Shown here: piece by piece, positions 23,023 through 34,697 of the stretch | Layout: each line of letters begins with the position of its first letter | Position numbering within the stretch: position 1 is the first letter of the stretch | DNA from: Fistulifera solaris | Lineage: Eukaryota | NCBI GenBank assembly: GCA_030295235.1 | Contig: AP026144.1 | Location: 744,001 to 808,000 of the forward strand | Reading direction: 5' to 3' | DNA: 64,000 nt | The notes under the pieces: model-generated | Databases searched by the model: none | The model's input: only the letters and a program-made list of their open reading frames with translations | What the model was told of the DNA's origin: nothing | Made by a program: the position numbers and the translations under genes

Positions 23023-24264
23023 CTACATGTCGGCTGTGCTCCAGCGATAAGCTACTTCTCTCTGATGCTGAAGCTGGTTGCGTTGAGAGAGTAATTTGTT
23101 CTCAAAGCCGTTCCCCCTATCTACACCGTCCCATCGGAAGCCAGGTCGAACGTTAAATCGGTTCGGCTTTGCGGGTGGGCCTTTGTATACTGGTTTGGTT
23201 GACTGGTCATTTACTCTTCCTTCCGCCTTTGAATCCTTCTTGTTCGATGCATAAGCAGCCATTGGATCTCCTTCTCGAATTTCGTTTTTTCGTAGTGCTT
23301 CCAGCTTTTCATCATCCGCGTATCGCGTAAATGACGTCTTTTGTAAAGCAATGGCTTCTTCCTGTCGTTGAAGCTCACGTTCGCGCTGGGCGCGACTTGT
23401 GTTTAAAAGTACCTGAGTTCGCTGTGCTTCTTCCTTGTCCGGTTGATTCTTTTCGACTTTTCGGCCCGTACTTTTCTCACGATAAACAGTATCGCCGTGT
23501 CCATACTTGTCCACCATTTTGTTTACAGTATCCTGCTTTTCGTGTTGCAGATTCTTCTCCATTTTGGCAAACTTGCTTCCACTTTGTAAGCCAGCAACGT
23601 GCCCTGATGACATTCTCTCTCTATCCTCCTCATTAGAATCCTCAGAAGAGGACGAGTCGTGGCGACGACGTCTGATGCCACGTCTGTCATCATCTGATGA
23701 ATCAGTGTCGTAACGGCGACGTCTTTTGCCATCATTGTCATCATCTGAAGAATGTGAGTCGCGTCGACCTCTTTTATAGCTCTCTGAGTTTTTATTAATC
23801 GAAAAACTATTCGCCGTTTCACTAGAGTGAAAAACAGCCGATCTCGACCCTATCTTCTCTGGTTGTTCGCTTCTGTTGTTTGCTACTTGTCCATTTTCTT
23901 CGCCCGATGATGAATCGTATCGTCGTCGCCGAGGTTTCTCGTCAAATTCCCCACGAACGACATCACTTTTGAGATTAAGGTCGTCTCCGACGGCCTCCCA
24001 CCGTCCCTTGGGTAGCGAAATCGTCGGCGCTATAGAGCTCTCCACGATGACTGGTCCCTCATCGTCGAACTCTCCAGTTTCAGGGTCATCTGCATGATCT
24101 GGAGGGACCGCGAAAACATCTACAGCATGATCAGCGTCTTCAATAAGGGTATTTTCGGTTTTTTCATTCTTTGCACGTTTCCCCTTTTTAGTCTTCTTCG
24201 ACTTTTTCGACTTTTCTTCTTCAAGATATTTGGAAAGATAATCAAGTTTACTTAACGACGGCAT
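23023..24264 (-). CDS. BUD13: Pre-mRNA splicing factor BUD13/CWC26 (RES complex)
   Basis: N-terminal LDYLSKY; RRRHDS repeats; C-terminal GDPMA, YKGPPAKPNRFNVRPGFRWDGVDRGNGFE and YRWSTADM. Confidence 0.93.
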   Translation of the reverse strand: MPSLSKLDYLSKYLEEEKSKKSKKTKKGKRAKNEKTENTLIEDADHAVDVFAVPPDHADDPETGEFDDEGPVIVESSIAPTISLPKGRWEAVGDDLNLKSDVVRGEFDEKPRRRRYDSSSGEENGQVANNRSEQPEKIGSRSAVFHSSETANSFSINKNSESYKRGRRDSHSSDDDNDGKRRRRYDTDSSDDDRRGIRRRRHDSSSSEDSNEEDRERMSSGHVAGLQSGSKFAKMEKNLQHEKQDTVNKMVDKYGHGDTVYREKSTGRKVEKNQPDKEEAQRTQVLLNTSRAQRERELQRQEEAIALQKTSFTRYADDEKLEALRKNEIREGDPMAAYASNKKDSKAEGRVNDQSTKPVYKGPPAKPNRFNVRPGFRWDGVDRGNGFENKLLSQRNQLQHQREVAYRWSTADM

Positions 24265-24585
24265 TTCGGTTTGAACAGCAACTTGTGCCTTTGCTTGTAA
24301 CCAATAATGAATTGCAATTTGCAAATTGCAAACTACAAGCTGCAACCTGCAACCGACGACCGACGACGGTTGTTTTATGAGGGCGTTTTGTTTGTCACGC
24401 CCATCAGCCAGTCACGAGTCCCAATTTTAAAGACAGCGCGATCAATTGAAGAACCAAGCAGCAATCACGCTTCTACAGCGATAGGCTTGATTATTCAAAT
24501 AGAAATATACTATGTATTCCGTACTTACATTCAGTTGCAATCCTATGCTTTCTCCTCTTGGAGCTACAAGGTACCTGCGACTAAT

Positions 24586-25832
24586 TTAGTCAAGAAGGCC
24601 TTGCTCGGAGTCATCATGTCCACTGTTTAGACTTATTCTCTTCAGGTTCCTCGTCGATTTACGTGGAGAATGGGAAAGACTTTTTCCCAACATCGCAAGC
24701 TTGGCAATAGCTTTCATTTTATTCACGAGTTTGCGTCCTTTGTCAGCACTCACTGCATTAGCTTCTGAGGGGTCGAACGCGCTCTCTAACGGTTCCACAT
24801 CAGCTGTATTTTCATTGTGTGTCTCTTTCCCGTGAACGGAATCCGACTCATTGGCAGTCAGTTCCTCTTCATCAATCAGGTCTACAAGTTTGTCTTTACT
24901 TGAACACGTATCATCATCCCGTGTTGACTTGGATGAGGGGTCACCATGCTTAGAATGGCCTTTACTGCTTCGACGCTTCTCTCCATTCGATCTAGAAGAT
25001 TTTTTACTTGTAACAGACTGAGCACTACTTTCACCGCTGGATGTCCGTTGCCTTCTGTCTCCATCGTCTCCATGTTCACTATTCATGATCGACTTCGGCC
25101 GAAGGTGACCGTGGCGACTACTGTTTAGTGATTTTGATCGACGCCGAGGTTTATTTGCTTCATCCGGTTTGTGACTATTACAATGCGAGCGACTCTGCGG
25201 TTTCTTATCTGGGCTTAGTAATCGTCGCGACGAAGGACTTCTATGAGAGCGTAAAGTCGTTTTGCCCAACAGTCGTGATTGAGTTATTTTTTCGCCATCG
25301 TGGCTACTTCGATTCGTCGGACTGTCGTAAGATAATTGGTCAAATGTTTGGTTCACGCCGTCTTTTTCGGCCGGTCCAGCAGTTCTCTCCGAATGGTCTA
25401 CGTCGCCTTCTTTGTGAGCATGTTCCGACTGGTGTTCGCCCTCATCTAAGGATTTAAAAACTCTCATTCTGCTTTGAGTGCGCCGAATACGACGGGGAGA
25501 CGCTATCAGTTTTCTTCCTTCGCTAGCTTCGTCGTCTCCTTTTTGGGACTACGAGCTGCTATGGATGACGTAGAGTGCTTGATGTGATGCAAAACGTTTG
25601 CATCTTCATTGTCTTTGTTATCTCTGCAGCATTCAGTATGACTCTTAACTTTTCCAGAGCAAGATGGACATACTAGCTCTTCTGTCGATAACTTCACGGC
25701 GAGCAATCGCGAGAGGCATCGAAAACAGACAAAATGCTGGCATGGGGAGACCTCAGCAAACTCGACTCCTAATTCATTCTTGCATTCGCTGCATACTTGC
25801 TCGACACCAATTGACTCTGTTAATTTTGGCAT
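24586..25832 (-). CDS. RING-finger protein with a long disordered Ser/Lys/Arg-rich tail; homopolymer frameshift at about 25540
   Basis: C3HC4-like CSEC..PCQHFVCFRC..CPSC. Adding one A to the A5 run joins ORF 25506..25832 to ORF 24586..25467 without stops. Confidence 0.7.
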
Positions 25833-26351
25833 TAATCTATGTGATATGTGTTGCAGATCCTTCTTGCAATGCTCTCTAAAGAATTAAGCGTTGTGATTGT
25901 GATGTTTAATGTCGCGGTTTGGCTCTCAAAGCATCTTACGCATCTTTCGCCTGTCGCTTTCATCTCCTAAAAAGCCGATGGGCCATGGGCCAAGCGGTTT
26001 CGGATTTCGGAGCTTGGGGCAAGACATCGGTACAGTTTTACAATATTGTAGACTGATAGGTACATCAAGATAATATTATTATATTGGTCACAAAAGTACT
26101 GTACTTTATCAGCGATCTCTTTAATAAGTCGTAAGTCGTAAGACATAGCTAACAAAAGAGCACATAGACCATAGACCATAGACCACTGAAGGGACTAAAG
26201 ACTAAAAAGTATTTGGTGAGCTACCATATTTGGTGATTTGGTCATAGTTAAAGGCCTAAGTCGAAAGTCACGATGTCACGAGTCACAAGTCACAACACCA
26301 AGAAATCATCAATCATCATCATCAATCATCAATCATCAAGCATCAAGACGA

Positions 26352-26683
26352 GACCTCTGTCCGTTCTCCGTTTAACAGGGAATTCCCAACTGGGATCCCA
26401 GTTAAATTCCCTTCCTCGTTCATTTTCCAAATTCCCTGTTTAACAGGGAATGAGTGGCTGAACGTCTGACCGGCACTCAGAGGCCTTTATTCATTCTTTT
26501 GTTTGCGCGGTAAATCAACAGAAAATCTCTCATCTAAAGCGTTAAGGATTAGGGACTGACTACCATATATCGTACACGGGACTCTTTAATTCGAACAGGG
26601 AATGCTCCCAGTTCACTCCTTGTTCGATCAAAATCCCTGTTCACTCCCTCCCTGTTGGAGTGAACTGGGAACGGACAGAGGTC
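26352..26683. mobile_element. MITE-like non-autonomous DNA element with 15-bp terminal inverted repeats
   Basis: GACCTCTGTCCGTTC (26352-26366) and GAACGGACAGAGGTC (26669-26683); about 10 subterminal AAC(A/T)GGGA motifs in both orientations; no ORF; no clear target-site duplication. Confidence 0.65.
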
Positions 26684-27042
26684 AAATCAAGACCAGGATG
26701 AATGGGGAACCAAAGGAGTACAAGTTACATATACCATATACTCCCTTGGGGAACTCCAGGTCTCCAGGTCTCCAGGTCGATACAGGATACGGGATAACCG
26801 GATAACCAAATCGTAAACTGGGAAAACTTCATCCTTAGTGGGTTGACAGGTTTACACGTGGCAAGCGCAAACTGGCGTTTCGCAATCGAATGAGAGGATG
26901 ATACCTGGTAGATGGAGCGACGGCGAAACCATGACGAAGATGCGATGAGCAGTGGAATACAGATACCATTATCCCAACCCCTCTGTAACAATCGCGATCG
27001 ACCTTAAAGAAATCAAAGATAATTGAATAAATCGCTGAAATC

Positions 27043-27600
27043 ATGATTAAAGATATAATGGATAAGCAAGTTTATGAGCTCAAAAAGCTCTGGAGCAACA
27101 AGAGGCAGTTAACTTTCCAGGTTCTCAACTTAGCCATGATTGTCTTCTCAGCTCTAATGATTTGGAAGGGCTTGATGTTTGTTACTAAGTCCGAGAGCCC
27201 TGTCGTCGTCGTTTTGTCGGGCAGCATGGAACCCGCATTTCAGCGGGGAGATATCTTGTTCCTCAACAACGCGGTGCATGAGGTCCACGTGGGGGATGTT
27301 GTAGTATTCAAAATCAAGGACAGAGACATTCCTATCGTGCACCGAATTCTGAAAGTTCACTTGGACCAAGAAACAGGAAAAGTGGAGCTTCTAACAAAGG
27401 GCGACAACAATCGAGTTGACGACCGCGGTTTGTATGCCCCAGGCCAGCTTTGGCTAAATCGCGATGACATCTTGGGAAAAGCAGTTGGTACCTTACGGTA
27501 CGTGGGAATGGTAACCATTGCCTTGAATGACTATCCAGTTCTTAAATATGTGCTGGTGGGATTGATGGGATTATTTGTATTAACGAGCAAAGAAGGTTAG
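27043..27600 (+). CDS. SEC11: Signal peptidase complex catalytic subunit SEC11
   Basis: Motifs [28 protein letters not shown] and TKGDNN.VDDRGLY. Confidence 0.96.
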   Translation: MIKDIMDKQVYELKKLWSNKRQLTFQVLNLAMIVFSALMIWKGLMFVTKSESPVVVVLSGSMEPAFQRGDILFLNNAVHEVHVGDVVVFKIKDRDIPIVHRILKVHLDQETGKVELLTKGDNNRVDDRGLYAPGQLWLNRDDILGKAVGTLRYVGMVTIALNDYPVLKYVLVGLMGLFVLTSKEG

Positions 27601-27880
27601 CCAGTAGACGTGATAATTTCAAAAAAATTCAAGGCTTTCCTTCCCCTTTCAAATCTCTGTAATGACCTTGTAAAAAGTAATACTCCGTATGAAGAGGGCT
27701 CGACGTATAAGAATGAGGTACGACGTAAGTTGCAACGTTGCGAAGAGATTCTTCCTAATTTATAGCATTACATTATGTGCATTGAGAAGCTAAAGAACTT
27801 TTGCATGTTCTGAGAACTCATAGCGGAAAATAGAGTCACGTTAGAAATCAACGCTCCTCAGTTTCTGCTGTGTCTTGGAC

Positions 27881-28186
27881 TTAAGGAGTAAACTCGCCGT
27901 AACAGTTCCACTCCTTTTTTATGTCGGTAAGATGAGGCTGATGTACTTGCTCTGGTTTCTCGGGAGGATTCGGGTGCAATAGATGCAATGGCTCAGGTTT
28001 TTCGAAGTCACTATAGAGGTGGAAAGCACAAGCGATGGGATCTACGTGATCTCGAGAATCACATGGTAGATCCTTCTTGCCCGATGTGTCGTTGGAGTTG
28101 GACGTTGGCTCGTTCGCGTGTCTCTCCACATGAGGAGGCACTTCTACCTTTGCCAAGTGAAGGCCATATAATGCTGATTCTGACAT
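27881..28186 (-). CDS. Small hypothetical protein
   Basis: ATG-initiated ~100-aa ORF divergent from the p24 gene; no recognised domain. Confidence 0.5.
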   Translation of the reverse strand: MSESALYGLHLAKVEVPPHVERHANEPTSNSNDTSGKKDLPCDSRDHVDPIACAFHLYSDFEKPEPLHLLHPNPPEKPEQVHQPHLTDIKKEWNCYGEFTP

Positions 28187-28636
28187 GGTAAATGCTGTTA
28201 ATGAGAGGTCGTAAAGCCGATTCAATTTATGGGCAAATATTCTCGAGGGAGATGATAATGTCATAATTGATGGCGAGTTCGGATCATGCATTTCACGGAA
28301 CATGGAACTGTTCGCTTTCGAACCGGGTACAATACCGGTACCGGTACTGACAGAAGTCTATCCGAGTACCGGTACTCTGTTGGTAACTGTATGTACAGCC
28401 ACGCATAAATTAGCCGGGTCACGAGGAGTCGTCGTCTGTCGACCTTGCTTTGCGTTACTCGATCCGTGAATGAAATCCTCGACCCTCTTGACCTGCTTTG
28501 CAACGGTGCTCGCCATCACCGCGTTCTCTCGCCGTTGCTTCATTAAGAGTGTAATGCTGTTTACTAACCAAGCCATTGATCACGAACCCTGTCCAATCAA
28601 AATAAACCATAATTGGTTCAAAATATGGTTCGCAAC

Positions 28637-29317
28637 ATGGTGTCGAAAATTCTCAGCGTACTCGGTCTTCTCTTCGTATCAACTTCGCTTGCCCATGGTG
28701 CATGGACGCTGACGATCGAGGCTGACGAGGAATACTGCTTTGTGATACGGACAAACCACAAGCGCTTGATAACAGGAAATTATGAAATGCTGGATAGAGA
28801 GCTTTCATCAGAGCCCATGCTTGTTTACATCATGGAAGGCGAGAAAGTTGTATGGCATTCGCGCTTAAACTCAGCTTTCGACACGTTTCATGCGATCATG
28901 ACGGCGGGTAATAAATACTGGCTGTGTTTACAAAACAGCAGTCAGGGGCCACTGAGCAGTAGCGAAGAGCATGAGAGTAGCTACGAACATCCTGATGGCC
29001 TTGCACGCCGAGTTGGCTTTAATTTTCGCATCGAAGCTGACCCGACCGCTCAACTTGTCCTGGGTCAAGGCATGGACGAAAAGACAAAAGACTGGATGCA
29101 CATATCAAAAGGTGTTAAAGAAAAGCTACAGACCTATCTTGACCATTTTGAGTACGCCAAGCGCCGGGAGGCTGATCATCGCAGTCTTTTGGAAGAGATA
29201 TTCACTTCTATTCTAAAATGGACTGTCCTTGAAGGTGTTGCCGTCATACTAAGCGCGCTAGGCCAAATCTTCTTTTATCGACGGTACCTCGAAAAGAAAA
29301 CACCAGCTTATTACTAA
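28637..29317 (+). CDS. p24/emp24/GOLD family (TMED) cargo receptor
   Basis: Signal peptide, EEYCF...YWLCLQN GOLD cysteines, coiled coil RREADHR, C-terminal TM and GQIFFYRRYLEKK. Confidence 0.88.
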   Translation: MVSKILSVLGLLFVSTSLAHGAWTLTIEADEEYCFVIRTNHKRLITGNYEMLDRELSSEPMLVYIMEGEKVVWHSRLNSAFDTFHAIMTAGNKYWLCLQNSSQGPLSSSEEHESSYEHPDGLARRVGFNFRIEADPTAQLVLGQGMDEKTKDWMHISKGVKEKLQTYLDHFEYAKRREADHRSLLEEIFTSILKWTVLEGVAVILSALGQIFFYRRYLEKKTPAYY

Positions 29318-29349
29318 TAATGAACTTGGTTAACAAATAATTGAAACTA

Positions 29350-29413
29350 ATATTTATTCCTAATTTCCTAACGTCAGAATGTAATCTTGACATTCGACTC
29401 AATTCTTTTCATT
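29350..29413 (-). mobile_element. Short inverted copy of the CRE retrotransposon 3' tail
   Basis: The reverse complement aattgagtcgaatgtcaagattacattctgacgttaggaaattaggaat matches 31422-31470 and 60051-60079. Confidence 0.75.
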
Positions 29414-31257
29414 AAGCACGTATTACACTCGCAAAAGCAAGACGCAAAAGCGCGTATTTAGGAACGGAGCTGAAATATCTTGTCCGAGCTTGAAAAGCCT
29501 GAAAGGTCGCTTCTGAATCAATAAAACCGCGATATGGTTGAACCGTCTCTTATTTGTGCGTGGGCAGTGCTAGACCCTCAACAGAGAGAATTTTAGCACC
29601 TTAGACTTGGATCCATCTAGTTAACTAAGCTAAGCGATTGCAGAATTGTGATCACCGCCGACCACTCCCTAGATTTAATAAAAGCTTTTCGTTCCTGAGG
29701 TCGATCTGAACCCGTCCGTTACAGCAACTTATAGCTGCCTCACTAGGATACGGATTCAGTATTGCACTTTATGAGCATAGAAGCAAGAGCTTACTCAGCC
29801 CGGCGCCAGCTTAAAATGAAAATGGACAACGAAAAATTCAGTCCGAAAGAAGGAAATTTGGATATAAAATTATTAAGTCTTTCACCTAAAAATATATCAG
29901 CTTCATGGTACCCGATGCAAAAAATATCAAACCAAATTTGCTGAGGCGCCTAATCTACCTTTCAGAAAGCATAAACAACAAACTTGAAAACTGAAAGTAA
30001 AATACTTTCAATGAAGAGAGCATGGCTTCGTGTTGAAATTAGCAGAGCCGTTCGCAAAGGCCAAACCCGTTTCTAAGCAAAAGAATTGCTTGGCCTTTTT
30101 ACAGATCTGGACTTGATTATCAGGTTCCCCGGAAGTTATAAATGAGGAGATCTTGAATCAAGTGTTCTGTTTATGGCGTCTGAAAGAGGATCGAATGTCG
30201 CCCATGGGTATGGCTGTCTTCATGTTTGTTGTTTAGGACCCAGGCCTTCAGAGAATCCAAAGGTTGTCAAAGGCGTTGGGTAAAGTAATAAGCGAGAGGA
30301 TATTAAGCGTTTTAACCGGTAAGATTTTTGAAGTTTACTTTTCTTTTTTGGTTGCTTTTTGCTTCCCACAATAAAATGAATATAGGCAAATAATCCTTAT
30401 ATCTGTGTTATGAGAGAACAATTTCATTTTAGACTGCACACAAGATTTGGTTTACCCTATAAATTTTTGAAAATGTTCTATCATATTGCTCAAGTAATTA
30501 AACAGCCTAATTGAAATAATGATGATTTTTGTGATCAAACTATGCATTTATTTATGACAAAAACTTATGCTTGACAGTGATTTGAATAAAATCTGATAGC
30601 AAGCAACAAGCTTAAGGGATCAATACTTTTGCTTGATCAAAAAGTCGAAAACATAGAAAAGGCACTGTATACTAGGTTACTGTTTTCTTATGCTCGATTT
30701 ATTAATAACAGCAGCTTGTACACCTCTATTTGATCGCGGATTGATTTTGATTGTGCTAAAGCGTTTTTAATTGCCTTGTTCTACGTTTTAATCGGCTTAA
30801 TACGTGAAGCTTGAATTTCTGTTCAATAAGGCTATAGCCCGCTATTATTCCTGATTATTTTTTCAGTTGCAAATGCTTTTTTTGGTTTTGATTTTGTAGA
30901 CTTGGTTGAATATACCACTGTTGTTTTGACAACGCAACGTTCATTTTCATATTTTTTCCTTTTTTGGGAAACAAAGATTCATTTTTGGGAAAGACAACAT
31001 CTATTAGAGAACTTCTGCAAATGAGCTTATAATGCTCTATTGACCTTGGTTTTGGTTTCCAAATGATTGCTTTAGTATTAACGCAAAAGGATTTTGTCGT
31101 TTGAAAATAAAATGGACAACGTTATAATAAGTTTGAATTTAAAAATGGAATTGTGCTTGTCGGAAACAAGGGAATTCATTTGTTACATTCATCAATTGCT
31201 TAGCTTGGATTGTTCGTTTATCCTCTTAGCAAAGTTTGACAGAAAAGGGTTGCTTCT

Positions 31258-31470
31258 GCAGAGGAAACGAAGCAATTCTTCATCCGGGCGCGCATGAGTC
31301 TTTTCCTGGTCAGGTCAGTTAGTAGGCTTCTGCGAAATCCAAGTGAAACGGGCTCGGGACTGGCCCTCTACTAGCGCACTAAGGCTAGAGAGTTAGAACC
31401 AAAGCTTACTCAAAAATGGAAAATTCAGTCGAATGTCAAGATTAGATTCTGACGATTAAAAAATTAGGAA
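31258..31470 (+). mobile_element. 5'-truncated, internally deleted copy of the CRE retrotransposon 3' end
   Basis: gcgcatgagtctt..cctggtcaggtcagttagta, gaaacgggctcgggactggccctctactagcgcactaaggctagagagttagaaccaaagcttactca and ggaaaattcagtcgaatgtcaagattagattct match 59852-60079. Confidence 0.92.
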
Positions 31471-31907
31471 TTTAAGTATAAGTGTTAAAAAAAATCTTTC
31501 TGAAGGGCTCTCATGAGATGTCCCTGGGTTGATCTTTACACTTATTTTTAAATGATTGCCATTCTCGTTGGACTACAAAAAATGTCTTTTGATCGGGAAA
31601 CTGGTTAAGGACTCGCCCTTTACCAGCACTAGCTTGCGGTTAGTAAGCACGGGGCTTGCTTGAACCATTTGTGAGAGAATGAAAATGGACATCGATAAAA
31701 CCAGGACGAATGTCGCAATGCTGGGTCCTATCTCGGCGTTCGTTTTTTTAATACTAAATGAATCGAATCACCGTGGAAACCTTGACCAAAAAGGACCCGG
31801 AGCTTGTCGTCGTACGGTTGATTTGGCAAATGAGTTATTGGTCACAGGGGCTGTTCTGACAAGGGTTTCCAGGCTCCAAGCCAGAGGTTTTCTTGGGAGC
31901 TGACGAG

Positions 31908-33069
31908 ATGAGAGTTGAAATGATCAGCGACGACGGGGACGGATCTTCGCAACAAGCAGAAAAAATCGGAATTCATGCTGAGATGGAATGCACGACAAGA
32001 GAGATGAACGCCAGGTCGAAGGCTCTACAACCCTTCACGAAAGAGGAGCTTCGTGGCTTGCAACAGTCTTTGTTGAATTTAGGGAAAGCATTTGATGAAG
32101 CCAAATTTACGGAATTTTGGTCGTCCGTCGCGCATATTCCTCAGACAAACGACTGGGATGTTACTTTGAAGAATGCAGAAAGGCTCAAAGCTCTTCTAAA
32201 TTTGGGCACCGATCTAACCAGTGAGAAATGGCTCCATCGCGTACTGGATGACGGCCACTGGAAGACAGCATCGCGTATGGAGAGACCTTTGTTGTTCTCG
32301 TGATAGGCTTAAATGGAATAAGAAAGTCCACGGCGTTGTATCAACCTTGGTTTCCAGATGTGCTTCTAGAAGCCTTGGGCTCTAGTATCGTCGACAATTT
32401 AAGCAAAAACATACCCACAGGAAGAAACTCCTTCTTTCGACAGCTCGATTATGTGATGGCCACCGTCTGCAACGAAGAATTTTCTCGACTCTACAAGTTC
32501 GCAACATCAATGGAGGGTATGGGAGTTTCAGCAGAAATATCACTTCGGCGTTATAGCGACTTCAAAGCAGCTATTTTCTCGAGATATCGGACTGTAGCAG
32601 AACTCTTGGGAATCGTCTTGCTTCAGATAGCACAGAATGAATCAAAAAATTGCATACTGGAGACGTCAGGAAGAAGTGAGGCCATGTTTGCATACATTGA
32701 CCGACTTTATCATAATACAAAATACCGAAAAATGGCGCTACATTTCGTAGTTAATGATATTGAGGCGGCCCAAAAAGCGTGGATCGACGAATGCGACGAG
32801 AAATGATTGCAGGTCAGCGCGCGCGAGTTCCAGAGGAGGTTGTGAAAGTGAACCAAGGAGGTCCGTACGGGAGTGACGTGCTACCCAATGTGCAATTTGA
32901 GTCGGAGCATGTGTGGAAACAGGTTGTCAATGGTGCCATAGCAATGGACTGGCTAAAAGGCACCATATATATCGATGCCAAGGATAAAGAGCCATGGACA
33001 GCGCGCGCGCTCCGTCCAGACGGAACACGCGGAAAGGTTTACGCGTATGAACCCGTACATTGTACATAA
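31908..33069 (+). CDS. P-loop (zeta-toxin-like kinase fold) hypothetical protein; two 1-nt frameshifts at about 32295 and 32775
   Basis: Three abutting ORFs; GLNGIRKST Walker-A-like motif, CILETSGR and ALHFVVND strands. Confidence 0.6.
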
Positions 33070-33149
33070 TTACACGGAGATGCATTATCAACTCTCTGTT
33101 AATCCGTATCAGTTTAGCTTGGAGAAACTAAAGAAGCTTTGTAGCTTCA

Positions 33150-34697
33150 TTATGTTACGTAGAGAGAGCCTTGCATGACAGTAACGGCCCATCCAGTCAG
33201 TCTCACTCTTTCGTTTTCTATCAGTTGACACTCCACAACACCGCCTCGCTTGGAAGCCTGCTTCCCAACAAGCTTCTCTTTTGTTTCCTTCCAGAAATGC
33301 GGAGCGAGAACGCAGTGCGCCGAGCCTGTTACAGGATCTTCATCAATCCCTGCTTTAGGCGCGAAGAACCGTGATAAAAAATCAATTCCTTCCTCGTTCG
33401 ACGTTGTACGACAACACACAATAACGCCACGACTGTAACCGCCCCATCGGAGGAAGGCTGAAAAGTCGATCTCAACAGTGTCAAGACTAGCGAAAGCTTC
33501 CGGTGTCAGTTCTATCAAGACGTCGCCCAGTTCCCTCGAGAGACCCATGAAAAGAATGCCTTCAGTGGGTATTTGCGCAGCTGCCATCACCATATTTTTA
33601 ACTGCGTCTTTGTCTTCGTCTGAGCCAAGTTCTGTTGCGGGCTGTATTGGAAACTCCATAGCAATTGAGGTCATGCGAGAATTTGACATATTAATCCAGT
33701 TGCACGTTAAGAATGTACGAGTCTTCGTCTCGAACACAATCGGCGTCTCGCTCATACAAATGTTATTTTGATACAGAACGGCGGCCGAAGCTAACGTAGC
33801 GTGCCCACACAATTCTACCTCCATCGTAGGAGTAAAATACCGGATTCCAAACGTAGCAGAAGCATCATTCAAAGGCAGAATAAACGCTGTCTCGCTCAAA
33901 TTGAATTGAGCCGCTACTTTTTGCATCCATTCCTGTTTTGCCAGGAAAGTCTCCTCTATGATGTTGCTCCCAGCTCTATCTACTGCAGGTAGTATTACTA
34001 CTCCAGCAGGGTTTCCTAATGTCGAACCAGTCCCAAAAGCATTAACGTGGAAGCAGAGGATAGTTGGCAGTGTATATTCACATTCATACCACAGATCTTT
34101 CCCATGTACGATCGGACTCGGTCGTTTCACTGCAAATCCTGCGCGAATATAAAATTCCAGTAAATGACTTTTTGCCAATAAAATAATTTGCTCCATCGGG
34201 AATGGTAAAGTCGAGTTAAGGGCAGTAACCGACTTTAAATAGTCTTGCAACAATGCAGTGGCAACCCCCTGATTTCGATATTCCGGATGTACAGCTACGC
34301 TGTGAAGAGCTAGTTGCGGACCCCAAGGAACATGCGTCGTAAAACTTTCAGCTGATAATCCGCGACACCTAGTGCTGCAAACAAAGCCGATCAAAATAGC
34401 GTCTTCGTGGTCTTCTTCCTCGTCCTTGTGTTGTTCTTTCGACTCAAGCGTAGGATACAGCACGGCGCAGCGGAAATACGGAGCTGCATGATGTTGACGA
34501 TACTGTAGTGTCGACTTTGATGCCTGCTCGTCATCTGGATAAGAATTTGACTCAATTTCAAAACATATAGGAATGTCTGTCGGTCGGACTTCTCGAAAGA
34601 GGATACGATCGAGTAATGTTGTAGGAGAAGAAGGCTCCGCAGCAATACTTTCCGTTGCTGCTGTCGCTATCATGAGCTCACCATTCAGCGGCTTCAT
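33150..34697 (-). CDS. GNAT (AANAT-like) N-acetyltransferase fused to a PhzF/PhzC epimerase domain
   Basis: GNAT motifs IESNSYP and LHSVAVHPEYRNQGVATALL; PhzF motifs GNPAGV, FNLSETAF, RYFTPTMEVELCGHATLA and SRFFAP..GIDEDPVTGSAHC. Confidence 0.9.
   Translation of the reverse strand: MKPLNGELMIATAATESIAAEPSSPTTLLDRILFREVRPTDIPICFEIESNSYPDDEQASKSTLQYRQHHAAPYFRCAVLYPTLESKEQHKDEEEDHEDAILIGFVCSTRCRGLSAESFTTHVPWGPQLALHSVAVHPEYRNQGVATALLQDYLKSVTALNSTLPFPMEQIILLAKSHLLEFYIRAGFAVKRPSPIVHGKDLWYECEYTLPTILCFHVNAFGTGSTLGNPAGVVILPAVDRAGSNIIEETFLAKQEWMQKVAAQFNLSETAFILPLNDASATFGIRYFTPTMEVELCGHATLASAAVLYQNNICMSETPIVFETKTRTFLTCNWINMSNSRMTSIAMEFPIQPATELGSDEDKDAVKNMVMAAAQIPTEGILFMGLSRELGDVLIELTPEAFASLDTVEIDFSAFLRWGGYSRGVIVCCRTTSNEEGIDFLSRFFAPKAGIDEDPVTGSAHCVLAPHFWKETKEKLVGKQASKRGGVVECQLIENERVRLTGWAVTVMQGSLYVT

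Noticed and set aside
26160..26345. Short simple repeats (CATAGAC x3, ATC-rich run)
   Set aside because: Ordinary low-copy microsatellites with no further structure.
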